From assembly GCA_039588295.1 (NCBI GenBank), contig JBDHAB010000007.1, positions 96,001 to 160,000 of the forward strand: a stretch of DNA of 64,000 nucleotides. Reading direction: 5' to 3'. The position numbers were made by a program, and so were the translations under genes. This stretch comes from Gemmatimonadota bacterium. GTDB lineage: Bacteria; Gemmatimonadota; Gemmatimonadetes; Gemmatimonadales; GWC2-71-9. Below, piece by piece: positions 44,956 through 54,185 of the stretch. The first letter of the stretch is position 1; every line of letters starts with the position of its first letter. Under the pieces are notes generated by a model. The model did no database searches. It was not told the origin of the DNA and saw nothing but the letters and a program-made list of their open reading frames with translations.

Positions 44956-46629
44956 TCACGTCCGTTCCTGACTCGAATACACCACGGCACCACCCAAGAC
45001 CGTGAGCAGCACCCTTGTGTCGAGGATCCGCTCGGGTGCAATCGTCATAATGTCCTGATCCAGCACGACGAAGTCGGCGTACTTGCCGGGTGAGAGCGAT
45101 CCGGCGACGTCCTCCATGAATGCGGCGTAGGCTGGCCACAGCGTCATGCTCTTCAGCGCCTCTTCACGCGTCGTGCGTTCATTGGGGAACCACCCCCCGG
45201 CCGGCCAACTGCTTGCGTCCTGGCGCGTAATGAACGCTTTGAACGAGATCAGCGGGTTGGGCGACTCCACCGGAAAATCGGATCCGTTGGGAACTACGAC
45301 ACCCGTGTTGAGCAGCGTCCGCCACGCATACGCGCCCTGTACGCGCGTCCACCCCAGTCGGTTGATCGCCCAGTACATGTCGCTGGTTTGATGACTGCCC
45401 TGCATCGACGGAATCACGTCGAGCTCGGCAAACCGCGGGAGGTCCTGGAAGTGAATGATCTGCGCATGCTCGACGCGGAACCGGTGGTCGGCCGTGGGCA
45501 CTTCGCGCAGCGCCGCTTCGAACGCGTTGAGGACGGTCCGGTTGGCCCGGTCGCCGATGGCGTGCACGTTGAGCTGAAAGCCGTTTTGCAGCGCCCGGAC
45601 GGCCACTTCTTCGATGCGCTCATACGGTGTTGTCTCGAGACCGGAATTGCCCGGGTCGTCGGTATAGGGTTCGAGGAGTGCCGCGCCACGGCTCCCCAAT
45701 GCACCGTCCGCCGAGATCTTGATGGCACGGATCCACAAGCGGCCGTCGTGCAGCCGCTCCTGTGGGCCCCGCTCGAAGTACCGTTGCAGCGTCGAGTCGT
45801 CAGAGCTGATCATCACGTAGTTGCGCAGGCTGTACTGTCCGTCGCGCGCGAGCGCTTCATACAGGTCGATCGTGCTCGATCCAACACCGGCATCGTGAAT
45901 CCCGGTGAGACCCCATCGATTCGCTTCCGCGACCGCGGCCAGGGCCCGGGCCCGCATCTCGCCTTGCGATGGCGCCGGTATCGCCCGGCCCACCAACCCC
46001 TGCGCACGGTCGATCAGCACGCCGGTCGGGTCTCCAGCGTCGTTACGTAGCACGCGGCCGCCTGACGGATTGGGAGTGGCGGCGGAGACTTCGGCCAGCT
46101 CCATAGCCGCGGCGTTGACGAGGGCCGCGTGACCATCCACTCGGCCCAGGTAGACGGGGTGATCTGGCACCGCCCGTGACAGTGCCTCGTGTGTGGGGAA
46201 CCGAGTGTCGGCCCAATCGTTCTGATCCCACCCCCTCCCGCGAATCCATTCGCCCGTTGGCGTGGTGCGGGCGCGATCCACGACACGCTGGACGATCTCT
46301 TCATACGAACGGGTACCGACGAGGTCGACGATGCGAAGGGACGTGCCGAGGCTCATGAGGTGTGCGTGGGCGTCCACCATGCCCGGAATGACCGTCTGGC
46401 CCTCGAGATCCATCCGTTGGGTCAGGGGGCCAGCCAGCGCCTCCACCGCTCGGCGACTGCCCACGACCATGACCCGCCCGGCACGGACCGCCATGGCTTC
46501 GGCCAGCGGCCGGTTGGGGTCGACGGTGTGAATCCGCGCATTGTAGACGATGAGGTCGGCCGTCGGCTGTTGTGCGTGCAACGCCGACGCGGTCACGACC
46601 GCGGCGAGGAGGAAGATTCGACGTGTCAT
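44956..46629 (-). CDS. Amidohydrolase family 3 (YtcJ-like), exported
   Basis: PGMVDAHAH, RVDGHA, DGALGSRGA, VHAIGDRAN, RVEHAQ, GSDFPVE and a signal peptide. Confidence 0.92.
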   Translation of the reverse strand: MTRRIFLLAAVVTASALHAQQPTADLIVYNARIHTVDPNRPLAEAMAVRAGRVMVVGSRRAVEALAGPLTQRMDLEGQTVIPGMVDAHAHLMSLGTSLRIVDLVGTRSYEEIVQRVVDRARTTPTGEWIRGRGWDQNDWADTRFPTHEALSRAVPDHPVYLGRVDGHAALVNAAAMELAEVSAATPNPSGGRVLRNDAGDPTGVLIDRAQGLVGRAIPAPSQGEMRARALAAVAEANRWGLTGIHDAGVGSSTIDLYEALARDGQYSLRNYVMISSDDSTLQRYFERGPQERLHDGRLWIRAIKISADGALGSRGAALLEPYTDDPGNSGLETTPYERIEEVAVRALQNGFQLNVHAIGDRANRTVLNAFEAALREVPTADHRFRVEHAQIIHFQDLPRFAELDVIPSMQGSHQTSDMYWAINRLGWTRVQGAYAWRTLLNTGVVVPNGSDFPVESPNPLISFKAFITRQDASSWPAGGWFPNERTTREEALKSMTLWPAYAAFMEDVAGSLSPGKYADFVVLDQDIMTIAPERILDTRVLLTVLGGAVVYSSQERT

Positions 46630-46651
46630 AATTGGCCTCGTGCCGTGTTGG

Positions 46652-47515
46652 CTACTGCGCGGGTAGACTGAGATGCTCCGCGAGGAACCGATGCATTCGC
46701 TCGCGATATTCGGCACCACCGAGCGCGTACGTGTCGTTGTGTCCCGCGCCTTCGATGAGCACAAACTCTTCGGCACGCCCCGAATCCGCTACCATCTGCC
46801 CCATCGCGGGCGGAGCGATCCGGTCTTCGCTTCCGTGAAACACCAGCAGTGGCACGGTGAGGCGCGCCGCCCGCCGCAGGTTGTTGAGTCGAAGGGTCAG
46901 AAGCGAACTCGGGACCAGTGCGTAGTGCTCCCGCGCCATGTCCCGCCCGCTCGTGAACGGTGATTCGAGGACGACGGCGCGTACGGGCCGCTCGGTGGCC
47001 AGGTGGAGTGCGACGGCACTGCCAATGGAACGGCCGTACACGGCGATCCGCGTGCTATCGATCTCCTGCCGCCGGGAGAGGTAGCTCCATGCCGCTTCCG
47101 CGTCGCGGTAGACTCCCCGCTCGGTCGGTCTCCCGCCACTTTGCCCATATCCCCGGTAGTCGAGGACGAGCATGCCGATCCCCGGTGGGCGAAACTCGCG
47201 GAGCACGGGTCCCAGCGCGCCGACGGTCTCCATGTTGCCGTAGAACCACAACAGACCCGGTGCGCCGGCTGCTGCCGGTTTTGGAACGGGAGGCAGGTAC
47301 CAGCCGCGGAGCACGACACTGTCCCTCGTGGTCACGGTCACGACCTCGCCGTCAGCGATGCCAAAGTCGCTTGGCGAGGGCAGGGCCCCCCGTGGCCCCG
47401 GAAACGCCAGGCGGTCCTGGAATCGCCACGCCAAGAACGCGACAGCCGCGTACACGACGACGACAGCCGCGAGGATCTTCAGCGCGATCGATAACACGCG
47501 GGGAAAGTTAACCAT
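46652..47515 (-). CDS. Alpha/beta hydrolase (ABHD/BEM46-like) with an N-terminal anchor
   Basis: FYGNME, DYRGYGQSGG, YGRSIGS, HGSEDRI and GAGHND. GTG 47497 is an alternative start. Confidence 0.9.
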   Translation of the reverse strand: MVNFPRVLSIALKILAAVVVVYAAVAFLAWRFQDRLAFPGPRGALPSPSDFGIADGEVVTVTTRDSVVLRGWYLPPVPKPAAAGAPGLLWFYGNMETVGALGPVLREFRPPGIGMLVLDYRGYGQSGGRPTERGVYRDAEAAWSYLSRRQEIDSTRIAVYGRSIGSAVALHLATERPVRAVVLESPFTSGRDMAREHYALVPSSLLTLRLNNLRRAARLTVPLLVFHGSEDRIAPPAMGQMVADSGRAEEFVLIEGAGHNDTYALGGAEYRERMHRFLAEHLSLPAQ

Positions 47516-48869
47516 CGGTTGCACCCTGCCCCTGCACCTCCGTGGGTCCCGCTGCGACACAAGTTCGGCGAGCGGCTCCAACCCAGACGCGGACTTCGGC
47601 CGGAGTTGGTCGCGCCGCACGCAAGGGGCCCGAGGTCATCTCGTCGGTTGCCTGTGCCTCACGATAGCGGTGCCACAGGGTGGCGGGCGACTGCCGAGCG
47701 AGCGCACAGATTGAGCGCACGCCGATCGTCTGCAGCACCGTAGCGTGTTCGGTCCCGATGCCCCGGAGCGTCGAGACACGTGCGCTGGCGACGAGGGCCC
47801 GGGCCCGAGCGGTATCGATCCCGGTCCGTTCGGCCATGGTGTCCGGATGCGTGCGCGACATGGAGAACGGCGAGGAGAACCCGCCGCTGGTCAATCGCGC
47901 GGTCTCGGTGGGCGTGATACCCGGCAGCGATGCAACACGCGGAGTCGTGGAGCTGATGGTCCACCGCTCCATCCCGGCCAACGTGGCGACGGCGAAGACC
48001 GCTGCCCCCGCGAGGGCAGCGAAACCGGCCCGCCGATTCACCTTGCGTGTTGCGCTCGCGGTGTCCGGCGGTACGGCGATGCCGAGGACACAGAGCGCGT
48101 GGTACATCGCCCAGGCTTCGAGCGCAAAGAACCCGAAGCCCAAGAATCCCAACGGAGGCATCTCGAAGAGCTTGGTCTGCTCCAGCCACGGTACCGTGTA
48201 GATCCACTTGCCTCGAGCCCAAGCGTTGAAGAACTCCCACAGAATGCCAACGCCGACCCCACCGATCATCAGGCGCCCGATCCTGCCCCACTCCCCTCGT
48301 GTGATGTCACCCAGCAGCGACCACTGTGGACGCGAGCGGAACACGAACGGGTCGATCAACAGCCAGAGCGCCCCCCACACGAGCGGAAAAAACGTTCGGG
48401 GCGCAAGAATGGCCAACGTCGCCATCGCCGCGCCGAGCGCGACGGCGACGTGCAGGCTCCGATTGCCGGCCCGGCTCGGCGCGCCTCGCCAGCTCCGACC
48501 GATGCCCAGACCGGCGAGCACGCGTTCGGCGAGCAGGAGCGCCGGGACCACCGTGGCGAACGACACGAGGATGCCGACCCAACGCTCGACGCCATGGTCC
48601 GGAAGGAATACATAGTACCAGTTGCGCAAGCGGAAGTTGAATCCCTCGAAGACCAGCCAGATGACCGCTGACCAACCAAGCAGCGAGAGCACCCGGAGCG
48701 GCCGGCGGAAGAGACTCTCTCCGCCGCCGACCGCGCACGACACTCGGTCGAGCACCACGAGCGTGGGATACCACGCGAGGACGAAGAACCACGTCGGAAC
48801 CGGGGCCACATCGCGGAGCAGTAGGATCCACGCGGCCCCGATGATCCCGACCGAGAGCGCCACGATCAT
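47508..48869 (-). CDS. Multi-pass membrane protein with a C-terminal DUF4332/HhH-like domain
   Basis: Duplicated W-x-(V/L)(F/W)E..N...W.Y membrane motif and LFEMPPLG; C-terminal LPGIT, LRGIGTEHATVLQTIGV and PTPAEVRVWV. Confidence 0.75.
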   Translation of the reverse strand: MIVALSVGIIGAAWILLLRDVAPVPTWFFVLAWYPTLVVLDRVSCAVGGGESLFRRPLRVLSLLGWSAVIWLVFEGFNFRLRNWYYVFLPDHGVERWVGILVSFATVVPALLLAERVLAGLGIGRSWRGAPSRAGNRSLHVAVALGAAMATLAILAPRTFFPLVWGALWLLIDPFVFRSRPQWSLLGDITRGEWGRIGRLMIGGVGVGILWEFFNAWARGKWIYTVPWLEQTKLFEMPPLGFLGFGFFALEAWAMYHALCVLGIAVPPDTASATRKVNRRAGFAALAGAAVFAVATLAGMERWTISSTTPRVASLPGITPTETARLTSGGFSSPFSMSRTHPDTMAERTGIDTARARALVASARVSTLRGIGTEHATVLQTIGVRSICALARQSPATLWHRYREAQATDEMTSGPLRAARPTPAEVRVWVGAARRTCVAAGPTEVQGQGATDG

Positions 48870-48954
48870 AGGCTGGAAAGTCGCGAGGCAAGGCTGCGGC
48901 CGCCAGTCGTTTGCTGGCTTGCTTCTCTTACCGCCACCGGATTGATTGCCGGAC

Positions 48955-49884
48955 ATGTCGGACGCTGCAATTGCCTGCCGAGGCATCGTCAAGCGGTATG
49001 AGGGAGTGATTGCCGTCGCCGGAATCGACCTCGAAGTTCGTCGGGGCGAGTGTTTCGGCCTGCTCGGACCCAATGGCGCCGGAAAGACGACGACAATCGA
49101 GATCATCCAGGGGCTGCTCGCGCCGGACGAGGGGGATGTCGAGGTGCTGGGTCTCTCGTGGGCAGACGCCGAGTTCCGTCTGCGGCAGAGCTTCGGAAGC
49201 CAGCTCCAGGAGACCAAGCTCCCGGACAAGCTCACCGTCGAGGAGGTCATCCGGTTGTTCCGGAGCTTCTACCGTCGAGGAACCACGGTCGACCATGTGC
49301 TGCAGGAAGTGCAGCTGGAGGAGAAGCGACGCGCCTGGGTGAGCAAGCTGTCGGGCGGTCAGCGGCAACGGCTTGCGGTCGCCTGTGCGCTGGTGTGTGA
49401 TCCCGAGGTGCTGTTTCTCGATGAGCCGACGACCGGTCTCGACCCGCAGTCGCGACGCCAAGTGTGGGACATCGTGTCGCGGTTTCGACTCCAGCGTGGC
49501 ACGGTCCTCATCACGACCCACTACATGGAAGAGGCGGAGCGCCTCTGCGACCGAGTGGCGATTATCGATCACGGTCACGTCATCGCCTTGGATTCTCCAC
49601 GGCGACTGATCGCGTCGCTCGGTGCCGAGCACGTAGTGGAGTTCGTACCGCAGGGTGGCGTCGTCGTGCCTGACACGGACTACCTCGAGCTGCCCGGCGT
49701 CGAGTCGGTGGCACACGACGATGGGAAGACGAGGCTGACCGCCAGTCACGTGCATCGGGTCGTACCGGCGCTCATGCGTCTGTTGGAGGCGCGTGGCGTG
49801 TCGCTCGACGAGCTCACGACGCATCATGCCACGCTCGAGGACGTGTTCCTCTCGCTCACCGGGAGGCACCTGCGGGATGAGTAG
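48955..49884 (+). CDS. ABC-2 type exporter ATP-binding protein
   Basis: GPNGAGKTT, LSGGQRQRL, FLDEPTTGLD, TTHYMEEAE and TLEDVFLSLTG. Confidence 0.93.
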   Translation: MSDAAIACRGIVKRYEGVIAVAGIDLEVRRGECFGLLGPNGAGKTTTIEIIQGLLAPDEGDVEVLGLSWADAEFRLRQSFGSQLQETKLPDKLTVEEVIRLFRSFYRRGTTVDHVLQEVQLEEKRRAWVSKLSGGQRQRLAVACALVCDPEVLFLDEPTTGLDPQSRRQVWDIVSRFRLQRGTVLITTHYMEEAERLCDRVAIIDHGHVIALDSPRRLIASLGAEHVVEFVPQGGVVVPDTDYLELPGVESVAHDDGKTRLTASHVHRVVPALMRLLEARGVSLDELTTHHATLEDVFLSLTGRHLRDE

Positions 49885-50917
49885 GATCGACTCCAGCGCC
49901 CTCATGCAGCTCACGCTGTGGCGTCTCCGCGAATTCACGCGGGAACCTGAGGCGCTGTTCTGGGTGTTTGCGTTTCCGATCGTGCTCGCGTTTGCGTTGG
50001 GGTTGGCGTTCAAGAGTAGAGCGCCGGAGATGGTACGTGTTGCGGTGGAAGACGTGGCGGGCGCCGATGCGTTGCTGGGCGCACTCGAAGCATCTGACCG
50101 GATCATGCCGGTCCTGCTGGGTGCGGAAGAAGCGCACACCCGTCTCCGCACGGGGCGCGTGGCGTTGGTGCTGCAGCCGGGCGAGCCGGTGCGCCTCGAG
50201 TACGACTCGACCCGAAGTGAGAGCCAGCTCGCGCGACTCGTGGTGGCCGACGCCCTGCAGGAGGCGGCCGGCCGGCGCGATGTTCGTGAAATCCGGGACG
50301 TGCGGGTCACCGAGCCCGGAGCGCGCTACATCGATTTCCTCATCCCAGGCCTTCTGGGGCTCAACATCATGGGAACGGGCATGTGGGGTGTCGGATTCGG
50401 GATCGTGAAGAGCCGGGAGCAGAAGCTCCTGAAACGATTCCTCGCGTCTCCGATGCGGCGGAGTGAGTACCTGTTGTCGTACGTGCTGGCGCGGCTGGTC
50501 TTTCTGGGCTTGGAGGTGGGAGCCGTCCTCGCCTTTGGCTCCCTCGTGTTCGATGTCCCCGTGCGCGGGTCGCTCATTGGCATCGCTGCCATCGCCGTCG
50601 TCGGTGCCATGACGTTCGCTGGACTGGGAACCCTCGTTGCCAGTCGTGCGCGCACCGTCGAGGGCGTCTCCGGGCTCATGAACTTGGTCATGGTGCCGAT
50701 GTGGATCTGTTCGGGAGTGTTCTTCGCGTACTCGAACTTTCCGGACGCCACGCAGCCCTTCATCCGGGCACTGCCGCTCACCGCTCTCAACGATGCGCTT
50801 CGGGTGGTGATTCTCGACGGGGTTCCGCTGACGGCGACAGCGGGTCTTCTCGGTGTGCTGGCCCTCTGGGGAGTCACGAGCTTCTGGCTCGCGCTCAAGT
50901 GGTTTCGCTGGGAGTGA
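49877..50917 (+). CDS. ABC-2 type exporter permease
   Basis: EFTREPEALFWVFAFP, RYIDFLIPG, LKRFLASP and LPLT; about six TM helices. Confidence 0.9.
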   Translation: MSRIDSSALMQLTLWRLREFTREPEALFWVFAFPIVLAFALGLAFKSRAPEMVRVAVEDVAGADALLGALEASDRIMPVLLGAEEAHTRLRTGRVALVLQPGEPVRLEYDSTRSESQLARLVVADALQEAAGRRDVREIRDVRVTEPGARYIDFLIPGLLGLNIMGTGMWGVGFGIVKSREQKLLKRFLASPMRRSEYLLSYVLARLVFLGLEVGAVLAFGSLVFDVPVRGSLIGIAAIAVVGAMTFAGLGTLVASRARTVEGVSGLMNLVMVPMWICSGVFFAYSNFPDATQPFIRALPLTALNDALRVVILDGVPLTATAGLLGVLALWGVTSFWLALKWFRWE

Positions 50918-50933
50918 GCGAAGAAGAGATGAG

Positions 50934-50989
50934 GGGAGAAGGAACAAGGGATAAGGAACAAGGAACAAGGAACAAGGGATAAGGGATAG
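50934..50989 (+). repeat. Purine-rich heptamer tandem array (8 units)
   Basis: GGGAGAA GGAACAA GGGATAA GGAACAA GGAACAA GGAACAA GGGATAA GGGATAG. Confidence 0.85.
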
Positions 50990-51024
50990 GGATCAGGGCC
51001 GAGATAAGACGGGCGCGAGGACGC

Positions 51025-51843
51025 TTAGGGCTGCTCCGATCTTCGGTACCTCGCCAGGAGATCCTCCACTGCTTCGACGACCGCGGCCCCGTGGGTCACC
51101 GGCAAGCCGTGGCCGGCCCCTTCGATCACACGCAGCTCGGCACCACGGATCCGTCGCGTGAGGTCCTCCGCGACGTCGACCGGGAACAGGCTATCGTCGG
51201 TGCCGTGCAGTACGATGGTTGACGCGTCGAGCGCGTCGAGCCGATCGCGAACGTCGAAGCCGTCCATGGCGAACCGATAGGACCGCATCGCCCGCCAGTC
51301 GGTGTTCCGCCAGCCCGCCAGGTCGAGTGACAGGTCCGACTGACGGCGTAGCGACCCGAAGTCGACGCGTCCCACGTCGTCATGGCCCCGCCCAAGCACC
51401 AGCTTCGCAAGTCGCGTGATCCACCGACGGTTCCAGAACGCCATGAACGGCTTGAGGCCGATGCGCCGACCGCGGCCGAACGGGAACGCGACCTTGAGGT
51501 GCAGGGCATCGAACATCGGGCCTGCGGTCGTCGCTATCAGCACGAGACCGTCGATCCGCGCCAGCGCCGCGTTCTGCGGTGCGAGTAGCCAGGAGAGGGC
51601 GAGCATTCCGCCGAAGCTGTGTGCGACAACGATGCGAGGCAGACTCCGCCACTCGGGCTCGTGCCGTAGGACCTCTTCGAGACGGCCAGCGTAGAGTGCC
51701 ATGCCGGGCCTCTTGGCACCTTCGCCAGCGGGGCCAACGCTGAGCTGGTTGAAATCCACCGCCAGGGTCGACGCGCTCAGCGCCGGCATGGCCGTGCTGT
51801 TGAGGGTCATGCCCGGGAGCAGGAGCACCACCGGATCAGCCAT
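51025..51843 (-). CDS. Alpha/beta fold hydrolase
   Basis: VVAHSFGG nucleophile elbow, HGTDDSL and EGAGHG. Confidence 0.85.
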   Translation of the reverse strand: MADPVVLLLPGMTLNSTAMPALSASTLAVDFNQLSVGPAGEGAKRPGMALYAGRLEEVLRHEPEWRSLPRIVVAHSFGGMLALSWLLAPQNAALARIDGLVLIATTAGPMFDALHLKVAFPFGRGRRIGLKPFMAFWNRRWITRLAKLVLGRGHDDVGRVDFGSLRRQSDLSLDLAGWRNTDWRAMRSYRFAMDGFDVRDRLDALDASTIVLHGTDDSLFPVDVAEDLTRRIRGAELRVIEGAGHGLPVTHGAAVVEAVEDLLARYRRSEQP

Positions 51844-51917
51844 CGCAATCTCTCATGCCCACTCGTCCACGCCGCACGCCGCCGTGCCTCGCACCTCGGT
51901 CTGAAACCCGGAGCCGC

Positions 51918-51973
51918 TTGACCGCGTACGTACCCAGGGGGTAGGTTAACGCCGTTAACTTAACGGTGTTAAC
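51918..51973 (+). promoter_or_regulatory. Promoter (TTGACC-N18-TAGGTT) overlapped by a double palindromic TetR-type operator
   Basis: GTTAACGCCGTTAAC-TTAACGGTGTTAAC at 51945-51973 is a 29-bp inverted repeat with one mismatch, made of two TAAC-N3-GTTA units. Confidence 0.8.
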
Positions 51974-52022
51974 CCGGCGGGACCGGGGTGGCACACCGTG
52001 AGGATCTGGAAGGAAGGTACAC

Positions 52023-52694
52023 ATGACTGTACGCGACGCCGCGGTTCGCGGCGCGGATGTCGAGCAGGCGGCGTTGGATGCGGCTCGAGATCTCCTTGCG
52101 AGTGGGGGCCTCGAGGGACTGTCGATGCGCTCCGTCGCGGAGCGGGTCGGGGTCAGTGCCACCGCCTTGTACCGCTATTTCGAGAACAAGGAAGCCCTGA
52201 TCGGCCGGGTCGTTCAGCGCGGGTTTCGGCAATTCGGCGACTATCTGCAAGCGGCGGCGGACCAGTATCCGCGCGGTTCGATGGAGCGGGTACGTGCGCT
52301 CGGTGAAGCCTACCTCGGGTTTGCCATCGAGAACCAATCATACTTCCGGGTGCTGTTCAGCATCCATCACGGGGGTCGGCACACCCTCGATGACCTGCCT
52401 GAAGGCGGTGGCTACGGCCTGCTGCGGCAAGCGGTGGTGGACGCGATCGCCGCAGGATCGATCCGGCGGGCGGATCCGGATCACGTCGTCATGTTCCTGT
52501 GGAGTCTGACGCACGGCTTGTTAACCATCTCCATGGCGTGCAACATCGAGCATTGTCCCGAGTTCGGCCCGGAAACCGTGTCGCGCAGTCCGGCAGATCT
52601 GTTTCGCGCGTTCGGACTGTTCGTCCAGCACGGAATCGCTCCGGACAACGTTGACGGAGAGGAACGGGATGGCGCAAAAGGGGGGAGCGCGTGA
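52023..52694 (+). CDS. TetR/AcrR family transcriptional regulator (WHG-like C-terminus)
   Basis: HTH LSMRSVAERVGVSATALYRYFENKEAL and WSLTHG. Confidence 0.93.
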   Translation: MTVRDAAVRGADVEQAALDAARDLLASGGLEGLSMRSVAERVGVSATALYRYFENKEALIGRVVQRGFRQFGDYLQAAADQYPRGSMERVRALGEAYLGFAIENQSYFRVLFSIHHGGRHTLDDLPEGGGYGLLRQAVVDAIAAGSIRRADPDHVVMFLWSLTHGLLTISMACNIEHCPEFGPETVSRSPADLFRAFGLFVQHGIAPDNVDGEERDGAKGGSA

Positions 52695-54172
52695 TGAAGG
52701 GCAATCGTTGGTGGGGGGTGAGTTGCGGTGTGTTACCGGTCGTGCTTGGTGTTCTTTCCGCTGCTCCGCTGAGCGCGCAGTCGGCGTTGCAGGAAGACGT
52801 CTTTTCGCTGCGCCGCGCGATCCAGGTCGGGCTGGCGAACAGCGGCACCCTTGAGGATGCCGAATTCGGGCTCCGGGTGGCTGACCAGCAGGTGCGGGAG
52901 GCGTGGGGGAGCATCCTGCCCGACATCTCGGTGAGTGCGTCCTATTCCAGGAACTTGTTGGTGCAGCAGATCTTCCTCCCGGCTGAGTTCTTCGGAGGAC
53001 CGCCGGGGGAGACGCGGCCCGTGCGAGTCGGGTCGGACAACTCGTGGACCGCTGGACTGAACGTCAGCCAGTCGCTGTTCGAGTATGGAGTGTTCGTCGG
53101 GGTAGGCGCGGCAGGCCGATTCCGAGGGCTTCAGGAGGAGGTGCTCCGCGGGACGACACAGCAGGTGGTGACGGTAGTGCGACAGGCGTACTTTGACGCG
53201 CTGCTGGCAGACGAGGAGCTGCGGCTTACCGAGAAGAGCATCGAGCGGCTCGGGCAGACGCTGGAAGAGACCCGGGCGCTGAACCGGGCGGGGCTGGTGA
53301 GCAACTACGACGTCCTGCGGATCGAGGTCGAGTACTCGAACGTTCAAGCCAATCTTCAACGAGCCGAGAATTCCGTACGGGCGCGAAGGCGAGCACTACT
53401 GGTCGAGCTGGGCTTCGATCCGGAGCGGCTGATCGCGCTGGAGGGACAGCTTAGCGGGATCGATCTGGACGAGGCCGACGTTAACACTCGCGAGAATGCG
53501 GAACTGCTGCTGCTTGCTGGAGCACCGGAGCCGACCCGGTCGGAGATCGACGCCCTGTTGCAGACAGCCATGCGCCGGCGCACCGATCTCCGTCAGCTTC
53601 GGTCCACCGTGCTGCTCGAGGAAGCGCGGGTCGGCGTGGAAAAAGCGGACTTCTTCCCGCGGCTGTCCGTATTCACCAATTACAACATCTTCGCGCAGGA
53701 GGACGGCAGTCCCAGCTTCTTCGGTGAGACGTCGGACCAACGAACGAGGACGGCTGCCGCTGGCGTGCAGATCGAGCTCCCTATTTTCCGCGGGTTCCAG
53801 CGATTCGCCCGGGTGCGGCAGGCGCAGGCGACGGTGCGGCGGAACGAGACCCGGTTGGAGCGTGCGGAGCTCGAGGCGGTCAACCAGGTACGTTCCCTCG
53901 CCGAGGCTACCGAGGAAGCGCGCTCACGCGCGCGCAGTCAGCGGCGCGCGGTCGAGCAGGCACAACGTGGGTTCGAGATCGCCTCGACGGAGTACCGGGA
54001 GGGATTGGGATCGCAGCTCCAGGTGACCGATGCGGAAGTGGCCTTGCGGCAGTCGGAGTTCAACTATGCTCGAGCGGTGTACGATTACCTCTCAGCCCGG
54101 GCGCAGCTTGAGTTTGCGATTGGAACGGTGCCGGAGGAGCCGGGTGCATTCCCGGTTGCAGTCGGCAGATAG
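52691..54172 (+). CDS. TolC family outer membrane protein
   Basis: Signal peptide and two OEP repeats (LPDISVSASY, FFPRLSV, YREGLGSQLQVTDA). Confidence 0.9.
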   Translation: MMKGNRWWGVSCGVLPVVLGVLSAAPLSAQSALQEDVFSLRRAIQVGLANSGTLEDAEFGLRVADQQVREAWGSILPDISVSASYSRNLLVQQIFLPAEFFGGPPGETRPVRVGSDNSWTAGLNVSQSLFEYGVFVGVGAAGRFRGLQEEVLRGTTQQVVTVVRQAYFDALLADEELRLTEKSIERLGQTLEETRALNRAGLVSNYDVLRIEVEYSNVQANLQRAENSVRARRRALLVELGFDPERLIALEGQLSGIDLDEADVNTRENAELLLLAGAPEPTRSEIDALLQTAMRRRTDLRQLRSTVLLEEARVGVEKADFFPRLSVFTNYNIFAQEDGSPSFFGETSDQRTRTAAAGVQIELPIFRGFQRFARVRQAQATVRRNETRLERAELEAVNQVRSLAEATEEARSRARSQRRAVEQAQRGFEIASTEYREGLGSQLQVTDAEVALRQSEFNYARAVYDYLSARAQLEFAIGTVPEEPGAFPVAVGR

Positions 54173-54185
54173 GGATGGGGAGATC

